This document shows positions 22,699 to 33,759 of a DNA stretch of 48,672 nucleotides, piece after piece. This stretch comes from Chara braunii (Eukaryota; Plantae; Charophyceae), in contig BFEA01000043.1 in the NCBI GenBank assembly GCA_003427395.1, positions 1,184,910 to 1,233,581 on the forward strand, read 5' to 3'. The notes under the pieces are model-generated. The model had not been told where the DNA came from. It was given only the letters and a program-made list of their open reading frames with translations, and did no database searches. The position numbers were made by a program, and so were the translations under genes. The number at the start of each line of letters is the position of its first letter. Position 1 is the stretch's first letter.

Positions 22699-22733
<35 letters not shown>

Positions 22734-22738
22734 CTTAT

Positions 22739-22792
<54 letters not shown>

Positions 22793-25700
22793 AGGACCTT
22801 CCCTGAGCCTTGCATGGCCGAGCCGTCCGGGAAAATAGGATGACCCGGACGGCTCGGCTGGTAGCCTAGTTAATTTATTTATTTATTTATTTATTTATTA
22901 AATTTAATTAAATAATTTATTTATTATAATTTATTAATTTATTCATTTATTAATTTATTAATTGAAATTTGAAGATTGAGCAGCAATGTTTTTTATAACG
23001 AGCTTGGTTTTTTTTTTTTTTGCTTTTTTTTTGTTTCTTGTTTTATATTAAGGAACAACAACCTTGAGATATCATCATTGAACTAATTGTCCTCATGTTC
23101 AGCATTATTTTATTTTGTTTATTTGGTTGCGCCTGGATTCAAGCTTGGTTTTGTATTTCAATAACGCATCGGTGTACCAACTGAGTTAGTCTCATTGGTT
23201 TCCTTATTTGCTTGGCATTCCTTGCTTTTTCTAAAATTGTCTGACTTCTTCCACAAAGAGTCTAAATAACTTGAAATCGCTAAACGCATCGCTTTTTTGA
23301 AAATGCATTCCTTTCTTTTTCCTTCTACATACAATCAATGTTGTGTTAGTAATTTTTCCTTACATCGATTTTTTGGCTTTCTCAATCAAGTTCAAAAATT
23401 GTATTTGATTCAATTGAAGTCCAAGATTTGAAGCAATACTTACCAGTTCTATCCTTGTCTAGTTTCTTTAGTGCAATTTTTATTTTTGACTGCAAAACTC
23501 AAACAAACAAGTCAAAACAAGTACACATCGAACGACAAAACAACAACAAAAACACATTAGGATGTTTTCAATACAGACACAACTATTGGAGTATAAAAAT
23601 GTAATGATCTAAAAATGTGGAAAACTGAACACTCGTCTGTTGGATTCCCATCATTCACCCCATTCACCCCTTTCGACGATGTTAAATAACCGAAATGAGC
23701 ATGTAGCCTCTTGATGTAGGAAAAAAATAATATCAACCCTTTCGTTTCTCTCCAATTGCACCGCACCTTGTAGAACATTTCAAAACCCATATGTAGCTAC
23801 AATTTTATTATTATTATTATTAGTTTTTTTTTTTTTTTTTCCCCTTAGACATGATTTTGCATATCTATTGTGACAAACTCGTACCCATGTTAACATCATG
23901 TATTTCCATTTGTTTAAAGGTGATATACGATCTCGACTGCATACCGTGAAATATTTAAGTGCATTTATTCACTTGTTAATGTTAAAACACTTAAGTATGA
24001 TCATACTTAAGTAGCATATCATGCTTTTGTATGATAATGCTTATAAGATATGGACAACATAGACATATAAGATTAAATTTCAAAAACATCGACTCGTTTC
24101 TTTGTGACTAGGAGGGGGGGAAGGGAGGGAAAGGGGGGGGGAGGACTGAGACAAAAAATGACTGCTTAAGACATTGGCAAAATCACGAGAGACCAATAAC
24201 TTACAATTATGTTTGCAAGCATGTTTAATTGTTTAAGAGTTCATAACTATTTATCCAACCAAACCTTAATTTCAAATTTACCACTGGTGATAATTAGAAC
24301 GTTCCTCTGGGTAGAGGTCTCTCTTACAACAATATAGGATTCACTGATTTGCGGTGCTATGAAATGTAATCCCCAGGTCAGCTATTGTTAATTAATGAAT
24401 TTGATCGATGAACCTGGGGGGGGGGGGGGAAGGAAGGAGACAAAAAAAAATAAAGATGACTGCTTAAGACATTGGCAAAATCATACAAGACTCATAACTT
24501 ACAATTACTTTTGAGAACACGTTCAATTCTTTAAGAGTCCATAACCATTTATCCAACCAAACATTTATTCCAAATTTACCATTGGTGGTAATTATCATGC
24601 TCCTCTTAGGCAGAGGTCTCTCTTACAACAATATGGGATTGAAAGAAGTTTATATGGCAGAGGAACTGTCATGCGAATGTGATCCATAGATAAGTTATTG
24701 TCATTTAATGAACTTGATCAATGAACTTGAAAATAATTGGTATCCTTGTCAATTCCTTGATATTGGTGACGTCATAATGACGCAAGTCAATAAAGAGTGA
24801 GATTCCCGCCAAAATCGGCTTTAGCCAATGAAAGTAAAATTACCGTTTTAAACCACCAATTCATCCAACGTTAAATATGCGAAGCTGAATTTGAATTTTG
24901 TCGAGCATGAAAGTGAAGGGTCCGATTAGAAACTCGAGGGTGGTAAACCGAATTGTTGGACTTGCGCTACCCTAGGTCTAGTCGTAATTGCATTCAGAAA
25001 CATTCAAGGAAGTGTTAGTCTGAGTATGCCTTGAAAAAAAACTTGCTAACTCTCAATTAGTTTTTCCTTGCCTCTCATGACAGAGAGATGGGGAATGACT
25101 TCAGAAAGGGCATACTCTTTGTTGTTATAAAAGAAAAGAAAAGAAAAAAAAAAAAAAGCATACGCACGTTTGAAATTTTCTATGCTATGGATGTGATTGT
25201 CATCAGATTCATTTACACCTGGACACAACTGCAGTCAACTACATTCAGGACAGTGCTAGCATAAGCACGCCCTAAAAATGAGTAACATTGAATGAATTCC
25301 TCCCTGGCCCTCACCACAAGGAGGTGAGAAGTAACTTCAGAAAGGGCATATACACGGTTGGGACTTTTTCGACTAACCTTTAGACGTAATTGTCTTTAGA
25401 TTCATCCAGTTCTGGCCGTAAGTGTGGTTAGATACATTCAAGAAAGTGTCAGCGTTAGTATTCCTTGAAAAGGAACGGGCTGAGATTTTGAATTGACCTT
25501 TCATGGCAAGGATGCCGAAAGTGATTCCCAAAAGGGCATACTCGCCCTCAAACTTTTTCCACAAAGCTCTAAATGTTATCACCTACAAATGAATCCAAGC
25601 TTGACCGTAATTGCAGTCAAATACATTTACAAACATACTAGTAGTATCCCACCTTCGTTAATTTTATTTTTTTTTATTCGAGCCCTGCCAGTAAAGCACG

Positions 25701-28700
25701 GTTTTGTGTCTCATGCACAACATGAACCGGCATGAACTTTTGCAATCCATTTGCCTCTTCCTTGGGCACCGGTTTCCTCTCCATTGCATTACTAAACCTT
25801 CCCCAAGCCCCGGAATCTTCGGAGAGGCTCAATCGTGATTCTCAAGTTGGCTTGTGTCATGTACTTGTGGTGTAACATTTCCAAAGAGGAAACTTTGGGC
25901 ATAAGTACTTGCTATGTAGCATTTTCAGTAGTTCCATATGAATGTGGAAAAGGCATATAGGTGCATCAAACGTTAGTTTAGTTTATCTCATAGTTGGATG
26001 TGACTCAACATACATCAGTTAGAAACACCATATAACATTGAGCCAAACATGGTACACGAGGTACAAATAATGAACGATTACATTAAACACGATTGCAAAG
26101 CGAGTGGGTGATAGCTACCCCAACCAGTTTCGACCGCCGCCAAGCGGTCATCATCATGGGGATTCCACGAAGTTCTTCAACCCTTCGTCAACTTCGTCGT
26201 TCCACATTCCTACCTCCACCTTCGAACTACATTGCATCTCCAAAAATGTCGGCCAGTCCCTCCACGTCGGACCTAAAGAGGCCAAAAACTACGCAATCAT
26301 TGTTCAAATAACCCTAGCTACTGCATGTTGGGGCAGCTCCTGCGAGCCAAGTCAACCCAAAAACACAAAGGTGCCCAATATCCTAGTTTGAGTCCTGAAT
26401 TATCGTCCTAAACTAGGTATAACCCGATAAGGTACCAGACATAGGGCCAAAACAAGTAGTATCGGTCCTTGGATCAAATGGTCCAAGTCTTGGTAGTATA
26501 AATCAGCCTAAGGCCTACAGAGGATCGATCCCAACTCGTACGATTATGAATCCTAAAGGTCACAACAAGTTCTGTTGGTGAGCGAAGGTTTGAAACCCAA
26601 CACAACTCTCGCCTCAAGCTCACAACTCAGTCACTGCTCAAACCATTGAAAATTCATAACATAAAAAACATACAGACAAACAGACTAAACTCCAAAACTA
26701 AATTACTGATGCACAAGGGTTCGAAACCCAGCCAAGCTCCTATTTCAATGCAACTGAAGTATACAACCATATCCCAATATGCGATTATGTGTCTTCAGCA
26801 CGTTAAAACAAAGTTTACTCACACCAAAGCAAAGCAAGGCAAGTCAGAACAGTAACGATCCAACTCCATGAACAGCATCGAATAAATCTAATCTACGAAA
26901 ATCACACTAAGGATCCAATAAACTAATCGTACAACATCCAGATCGTGGCCCACAACGGGTTCCTGCCCCTTGCAAAACGCTTAAAAATTATGCTAATAAA
27001 AGGCTTCGAAAAGCCTTTGATCCGCATCTCTCTCATCAATGTCAACACCTTCAGCGGGATCTGATTACAAGTTGTTGTATTTTTATGGATGTGATGCAAG
27101 TGGCTCAAGACAACCGGGCTCTTTTGATCTTTGTTGCCCCAAGGCTAACATACATCTTCATTCTTGAATTCCAACTTCTCATATTATCAATCGTTTTTTC
27201 GTTCTTTGTCTGCTAAATACAACTTAAGATCGGAAAGTGAGACTGCGATCTCATTTCAAATCCGAGGAAGTTCTCGACACCATTGCCATCATCAATTTTT
27301 TTAACGACAGATTATTTCGGTAGCAACTTTCAAATCTCCTTTTAATCTCCTCACTCAACTATCGTTTTTTGCGGCTGCCCAGTACAACAAAGTTGTTTGG
27401 ACCCCTTTTTTTTTTTCTTTTTTTTTTGCGGGGTCCCTACGACCCCCGACCGGTAGGTGCCGACCAGTCAAGGGTCGCCGACCGTCGGGGGGTGTAACCC
27501 NNNNNNNNNNNNNNNNNNNNNNNNNNNNNNNNNNNNNNNNNNNNNNNNNNNNNNNNNNNNNNNNNNNNNNNNNNNNNNNNNNNNNNNNNNNNNNNNNNNN
27601 NNNNNNNNNNNNNNNNNNNNNNNNNNNNNNNNNNNCTGGTCGCCAAGCGGACACAAAGTTGCATGGCCGCGTGGCCCAGCTGCGGCCGTGACCTTGGCCG
27701 TGCATGGTCGCCTCCGGGGAGGATTCGTAGGGAGGAGGTAGAGGACCCATCATCCAACAACCTCAGTCCAAACGCATAATGGCATGACTTGCCCAAACTA
27801 TTCAAAAATTGGTACTCTACAAAGGCACACATAGTGCAGGCAAGTGGGGAACTTGTGCTTTTCCCCATGGGAATTCCCACCTCTTGCCTCAGCAACACTC
27901 TCGTTGCATTTGTGTATGTGTATGTATTCAAGCCTTACATATTTTCGTAATTGCTCCAGGTCAATCGTCCTCCAGTGGTCATCACCAGTTGTCACCCTGT
28001 AAGTGCTACCTTTACCTCTAGGGTTCACACACACGAAATGTCTTCCCTTTCTCAATTGATAGTCCACGATCCAGTCAATTGTCTCAAGGATCTCATCATG
28101 AGGCAATTTGTTGAATAGGTTTTTAATGTCATATGATATAGAGACAAGTTCAGCATATTGCTTAGCCTTCCTGTCGATCTTCTTGTTAAACAACTACAAA
28201 CGTGGGACAACCTACGACAAGGATTTCATATTAAAATGCAAATTAGCAGGCAACGTGAAGAGGAGGTGGTTTAGAGCCTTAGCCACACAACATCCAGTCT
28301 TAACCGTGGTCTTCAAAAACGTGGGACATATAGGTATCTGGAGCATGTAGGCATCACCAATCCCCATTTGTTTCCCACCTAACAAATTGTTGCAGATCCA
28401 TTTTTTTTGCTTTCATCTTCATATCCGACATCACAACTTTCTTTGGATTCGGGTTAACCATGTACCCTGGATTGCGGACAAACATACTCATCATCACCTC
28501 ATAGTACACATACGAACAGAAGAAAAGTATCGCCAACGTTCCTATCAAGAGGAGAGAGCACGTAACCATCCAGTCTAACTTTCAAACTTCTTACTGCGTG
28601 TACATCAAGGTACTTCTCCCTCATTCCGGTGCTATCCGTCAGGTATCTATCAACCTCACTAACTTCCCGAACCTTACGACCGTCCAGGCTCGACTTTTTC

Positions 28701-31700
28701 TTCGAGCCTCCAACCATTCAAGGCATCGCCAATCTCATTCGCCAATAGGCCACCCCTGTTGTGATGAGCCAACTTAGGAATGTTATTTGCATTCCACATC
28801 ATGGGGTGTACACCCTCCAATTCTTGTAATCGAAATTGTACGTGAGCATCTATCCGAGGATAGGGAGAACCTGTGCATATGCAGGTCGACACCTCAACTT
28901 TAGTGAAAGCTCATTGATTGTGTAAACAGTCCGCGACCGATGAATTCTTTATTCAAACGATACAAACAAAATTACGCGTTAGGATCTTCAAACAAGAAGG
29001 TAAGTACATACACTCCAACTTATCGTTGACTAACTTCCTCGCCTCGACTAACCTAATTATGTCATCGGATTTCAATTTGACAATTACTCTTGCATTCACC
29101 TGCCAACCGTAGACATCTTTGATAGTACGTGATATAATTCTCCAAAGGTAAGCAATCGTGCTCTGCTTTTGAAAATCCTTAGCCGCTCCATTCATTTTGA
29201 CCAAAGCTTCCAGGCTGCAGGCCTATAGAAGTGTTTCCTGACTTGGACTCCACAACACAGATACTAGCAACTTCCTGTCCACGCAGATTCTCGTTGCCAT
29301 CTTCTAAGATATTAAAATAGAATATCATGATCATCCGCCATCCACTGCTTGCATTCATACATACGCCTACGTCGACCATCTACCATCACCACACTGTTCC
29401 CAAACGCCTTACGAATTCATTTCCACCCATCACACCTCGATATTACATCAACAGAGCACCCAAAGGTCCTCTACTTCCCAACGTTTTTAGGAGTCAGAAC
29501 CACTCCTATAACAATTATGAAGTGTGTGTTAGTGGTCATCATTACCATTTTCATTTGACATTCTTTCCATCTTTTCCACCAATTACAACACTGTGGCCTT
29601 GGCCTTGCAACATCAACCGTTGGATCATTATCATGTGATGGTTGGATTGCATAGCACCACCATATTATTTTGTTGTCACTTTCTCCCTCTCTCTGTGCCA
29701 CACGTCACATGAGCTCAAGCACCATTCAATCCTATGGAGAGCGGGACCTCCCTCTTGGCTGGCCATTTTTTTTTTCAATTAATAAATAAATAAACTAAAT
29801 CCAAGAAATGAAATGGTTTTTTAACGATTCAGATTTAAGGTTCAGAGGTTTAGGGTTAGTGATTATAGGTATATGATTTCTAGGACCAAGGGTTTAGAGG
29901 GCCTGCGGTTAGGATTTCAGGCTTAAAACACCAGTCTTTCGTAGTGGTTGAGTGCTTCGGCTTTAGGGTTTAGGGTTTAGGGTTTAGAGTTTAGGGTTGT
30001 TAGGGTTTAGGATCGTGTTCAATTCAGGGGTTAGGGTTTATAAAAAACTGACAATTTAGGGCTTGCAGTCAGAGGACCCCAAGGCGAAAACTCAAGAATC
30101 CTAGTGGTTGAATTTTTTCGTAAGCCGTAGGGTTTAAGGTTTCACTTTAGGAATCTAATAAGGTTCATGACTGTTAAGGCTACCTTCTTCCTCTGAACAC
30201 AATTCTCTGACATTACATATGTATCTGGATTGAAAACTGTACTAAATAGTGAATAAAGATTTAATAACCAGGTGTTTTGTTCAGGGGAATAAGGCATGGG
30301 TTGAGGGTTCATGATGACAGTTTGAAGGCCTTTTTTCCTTTTTCCTTTCTGAACACCAGGGCCTCCACATCTTTCTTCTCGAACGTGAAAGCATGTTTGT
30401 GAGCATTTTCACATTAACAATTTCTCTTTTCCCAATGAATCAAACCATAATTACAGCCAAGTTCAGTCTAGAAACTCCAAGTGTGAACAATGCTTGAATC
30501 ACCCTTTTAATGGCTGACTGCCGAGAGAAACCTAAGGCCGGTTTCGCAACACACTCCCCCCGCGGCCCGGCCCCCCCCCTCCAAAAAAAAAAAAAAACTG
30601 CCAAAAATAATTGAGAATTGTAAGTTTAATATCCTGGCCCGCTCACACTTCGCACTTGTGTTTTTTTTACCTCATTTATGGTTTTTCATTTAGGGTTCAG
30701 GGTTTAGCGTTGAAGGGTTAGGGCTCAAAAAGAGTTATGGAACCTCTTTTTTTTTTTTTTTTTTTTCCTTTGCAGGTATAGTGTGGGTATGCCCTAACAA
30801 TTTAGAAGAAGTTTTATTTTTTTCTTAAAAAAAAAAAAAGGGCGACGGCCCTGAGATATGATCATCAAACTGACCGGCCCTTGGTAATTCAAGATTGTAC
30901 TATTTTACTATAATTTTAGCCATTTGACTTCAGTGGAGTTAGAACTCTGCACCTGGTCTGTATTTCAACAGTTCAGTCCAGGGGGGGTGTACCGACTGAG
31001 ATAGGGCAGTTGGTGCAATTGTCAATTTTTATTTCTTCCCCCTCCTCTTTCTTTTTTTTTGTGGGGGGGAAACTACGCGGGAGTCACAAAAATGAGTTAT
31101 AATTGCACTATGGGCCGAGATACAGTTTCGAATTGCAGTTTGGGCAATGTATACAACCCAACTTTGTGGCCAGGTACGGTGCCCGAACTGCAATTGCACA
31201 AGCTTGACAAATACGAGATGTTGAATTGTTGCATTTGGTCCCTCAGCCCTTCCTTTACCCCTTGTGTCTCTTTCTTCTTCTTCTTCTTCTTTTTTTTTTT
31301 TTTTTTTTTTTCCCTTCTTCTTTTTAAAAATCAAGCTTGACAAATAACAACAGTCCGCACCTTTTTTTTTAAATCAAGCTTGACAAATAATAACAGTCTC
31401 CTCCTTTTCCCCTTGTGTCCGTCTTCTTCTTTTGTTTTTTTTGTTCTTTTTTCCAATTTATTCTTTTTAACTTTAAATTTTATGTTTTTGTTTGGTCACA
31501 TTCTTTTCTGTTTTCCATTTCTTGGTCAGTTCTTTCATGAGCTGGGACTCCTTACATCTTTTTTTTTCTTTTTTTTTTTGCATCTGTAACTTCTACTGAT
31601 GTGGGGGCGACTTTCTCTACTGCACATAGTATACTCCAGCTCTTTTGATATTGCTCTCGATGTCATCTGCCCACGGTATGGTACTGCTTCCACTCCTCCT

Positions 31701-33226
31701 CCTCTTCTTTCTGCTCTTCCTATCTACACTTCCTCCCATTCTCCTCCTCTTCTCAGCCTTCCTCTTCCTCCCTTTATCCTCTTCTTCTTCCCTCTCCTCC
31801 TCTTCCTCTTCCTCCCATCCTCCTCCTCCTCACATTCTCCTCTTCCTCCTCCTCCCTCCTCGCTTGTTCCCCCTCTTCCTTCTTCTCCTCGCTTGTTCCC
31901 CCCCTTCCTTCTTCTCCTTCTTCCTCTTCCTCTTCTCCTGATCCTCCTCCTCTTCCTTCTCTTCCTCCTCTTCCTCCTCCTCCTCCTCCTCCTCCTCCTG
32001 GTGCTCCTTCCTTTTCTCCCCTTGCTCCTCTGCTTCTTCCCTCTCCTCCTCTTCCTCTTCCTCCCATCCTCCTACTCCTCACATTCTCCTCCTCCTCCTC
32101 CTCCCTCCTCGCTTGTTCCCCCTCTTCCGTCTTCTCCTCGCTTGTTCCCCCCTTTCCTTCTTCTCCTTCTTCCTCTTCCTCTTCTCCTGATCCGCCTCCT
32201 CTTCCTTCTCTTCCTCCTCTTCCTCCTCTTCCTCCTCCTCCTCCTCCTGGTGCTCCTTCCTCTTCTCCCCTTGCTCCTCCTCTTCCTCCTCGTCCCATCT
32301 TCCTCCTCCTCTTCTCTTCTTCTCTCTTCTTCCTCCTGCCTCCTCTCTTCTGTCAGAATCTCATCACAATCATTCTCCTCCTCTCCTCTCCTCCTCCTCC
32401 CTCCCTTCCTCCTCAGCTGCGCCTTTTTTCCCCCCATTTCCTTAGCTTCTTGTTTTCACATTCGGACCCGTTCTCACTCTGCCATACTGACCTGTGTGCT
32501 GGCCCCTGCGTTGTGGAAACGGTCCGACACATAGCGCCTCAGATACTGCCGAGCGGCTGATGCGAGCTCCTCCCTCTTCAAGTCCTCCTCTGTGACCGAC
32601 AGCCGCCGGTACTTAGAATTTCGACGAACGGGCAAGGGGTGGGACTCCACGTCCGCCATCAGGGCTCGGCGCGCAGCTTGAGGCGCCGATTCAACCAGCG
32701 CGGTGCCCCAAACTCGCTTTTGTAAAGCGACAGGATCAAAATAGTTTTTCCCGCCAATAACTTTCCCGCCATTTGAAGGGTCGCGCAGCCGTGGACTCTC
32801 GTCGTCGCCCACCTGTGGGGCTCTGAGCGGCACCGCAGGGGCGGTAACGATCCAACCTTTCTGACCAGCAGCGTAGAGCGTCTCTGCCATCTCCCTCTCT
32901 CTCGCAGTACTCCCTCCCTCTGCCCCTCCACCGCCCAATTGCCAGCCATTGCGATTCTCAAGCAAGTGGGTGGCGAGGAAGCCCTGCCTGTCCGCACCGG
33001 TCGTGCGACCATAAAGAAGGTCGCCGCCTCCGGCGGCCTGGGGCGACCAGGTTTCGTGGTGAGTGAATGGAGAAGCGAAAGGGAGGCGAAGGGCAAGGTG
33101 GGTCGTGGGTTCTGGAGAGAGATCCCGAGGAGGAAGAGGATATGGAGCAGGAGGAAAAGGTGCTGGAACTCGCGGGTTTACTGAATACCTATTACTCACT
33201 CCACAGTGATGAACTCTTTGCCGCGC

Positions 33227-33229
<3 letters not shown>
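19885..33229 (-). CDS. putative multi-exon host gene of unknown function; exons 33229-32492, 30517-30446, 30241-30217, 24283-24265(?), 23936-23885, 23796-23767, 23489-23444, 23324-23246, 20844-20755, 20329-20130, 20053-end uncertain
   Basis: All introns are GT-AG with matching phases. The joined frame is open: ...FHNAGASTQ/SAIKRVIQALFTLGVSRLNLAVIM/YSFQSRYIL/VNLKLS/RDRISPLNKWKYMMLTW/LHMGFEMFYK/SKIKIALKKLDKDRTE/GKRKECIFKKAMRLAISSYLDSLWKK/FFFQKKENNFEEEGQALTWSTIVVLTPTIS/GELLNLIFPTMIPEPLIFARK... Manual model; the middle and 3' end are least certain. Confidence 0.55.
20345..20735 (+). repeat. degenerate interstitial telomeric repeat array (TTTAGGG/TTAGGG variants)
   Basis: Dense tagggtttagggg, ggtttagggttagggttttagggtt motifs. 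Confidence 0.85.
20755..20844 (-). CDS. internal exon of the putative multi-exon gene (FFFQKKENNFEEEGQALTWSTIVVLTPTI)
   Basis: tcttgcag acceptor, GTAAGC donor, open frame, phase matches the next exon. Confidence 0.6.
21050..22283 (+). repeat. ~1.2-kb polypurine (GA-rich) low-complexity tract
   Basis: Almost only A/G on the + strand; (agaca)n and (agaag)n. Confidence 0.95.
22701..22870 (-). mobile_element. short hairpin-containing, poly(A)-tailed retroposed fragment
   Basis: Perfect 15-bp stem 22817-22831/22844-22858 with a long T tract on its left (poly(A) on the minus strand). Confidence 0.45.
23058..23200 (-). mobile_element. tRNA-derived SINE-like element (family A), diverged copy
   Basis: Minus strand actaactcagttggtacacc...gcttgaatcc...gatatctcaaggttgttg. 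Confidence 0.55.
23246..23936 (-). CDS. cluster of four short exons of the putative gene (23936-23885, 23796-23767, 23489-23444, 23324-23246)
   Basis: Donors GTACGA, GTGCGG, GTAAGT and GTCAGA; CAG/TAG acceptors; TACTAAC branch-like site in the 119-nt intron; consistent phases. Confidence 0.6.
24130..24727 (+). repeat. diverged ~290-bp tandem duplication (24130-24413 / 24416-24727)
   Basis: Shared blocks atgactgcttaagacattggcaaaatca, tttatccaaccaaac and agaggtctctcttacaacaatat. Confidence 0.9.
24980..25655 (+). repeat. old degenerate tandem repeat, ~200-240-bp period, about 3.5 units
   Basis: Recurring gtaattgca...acattca...agtg(t/c)tag and aaagggcata motifs. Confidence 0.6.
26923..29700 (-). 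mobile_element. decayed Penelope-like retroelement (RT core and thumb, 5'-truncated, many stops and frameshifts)
   Basis: PLE-type RT motifs SYDIKNLFNKLPH, RQEVGIPMGKSTSSPLA and GLRLLDD, then NFLG and a thumb-like ...LMREMRIKGFSKPFI ending at 26923; upstream PLDRNVG/CICTGSPYP blocks. No endonuclease seen. Confidence 0.8.
27405..27742 (-). mobile_element. GC-rich, structured, A-tailed non-coding insertion within the PLE RT
   Basis: Flanked by ggaccc at 27399-27404 and 27743-27748 (candidate TSD); T tract at 27406-27427; several internal hairpins; RT-like sequence resumes on the far side. Confidence 0.65.
29830..30150 (+). repeat. interstitial telomeric repeats (TTTAGGG)n, near-perfect core at 29963-30011
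   Basis: tttagggtttagggtttagggtttagagtttaggg; a further small patch at 30688-30724. Confidence 0.9.
30446..30517 (-). CDS. exon 2 of the putative gene (SAIKRVIQALFTLGVSRLNLAVIM)
   Basis: tttctctcggcag acceptor, GTTTGA donor, phase 0 matching exon 1. Confidence 0.6.
30841..31025 (-). mobile_element. tRNA-derived SINE-like element (family A)
   Basis: Minus strand gccctatctcagtcggtacacc...gagttctaactcc...gaattaccaagggccggtcagtt...atatctcagggccgtcgcc. Confidence 0.6.
31690..32440 (+). repeat. polypyrimidine (CT-rich) tract with an internal ~250-bp duplication
   Basis: Direct reading; the unit repeats at ~31785 and ~32035. Confidence 0.9.
32492..33229 (-). CDS. first coding exon (246 codons) of the putative gene
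   Basis: GC-rich, complex ORF from ATG 33229 ending at the CAG|GTCAGT donor just before a low-complexity intron. Confidence 0.65.
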
Positions 33230-33308
<79 letters not shown>

Positions 33309-33623
33309 NNNNNNNNNNNNNNNNNNNNNNNNNNNNNNNNNNNNNNNNNNNNNNNNNNNNNNNNNNNNNNNNNNNNNNNNNNNNNNNNNNNNNNNNNNNN
33401 NNNNNNNNNNNNNNNNNNNNNNNNNNNNNNNNNNNNNNNNNNNNNNNNNNNNNNNNNNNNNNNNNNNNNNNNNNNNNNNNNNNNNNNNNNNNNNNNNNNN
33501 NNNNNNNNNNNNNNNNNNNNNNNNNNNNNNNNNNNNNNNNNNNNNNNNNNNNNNNNNNNNNNNNNNNNNNNNNNNNNNNNNNNNNNNNNNNNNNNNNNNN
33601 NNNNNNNNNNNNNNNNNNNNNNN

Positions 33624-33716
<93 letters not shown>

Positions 33717-33759
33717 GCGCGCGTTCGTCGCTCGCTGCCTGTGATCTTCAAAGATCGTA

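Noticed and set aside
23325-23363. 39-nt mini-intron alternative (GTAAGG…TACTAAC…TAG)
   Set aside because: The 119-nt intron from the GTAAGT donor gives a phase-consistent model with a more normal intron length.
23444-23489. EF-hand-like DKDRTG in an exon
   Set aside because: After the predicted splice the codon becomes GAA (E) and no EF loop follows.
31599-32534. 311-aa L/P-rich ORF and its antisense G/E/R ORFs
   Set aside because: CT-rich low-complexity sequence that is open in many frames.
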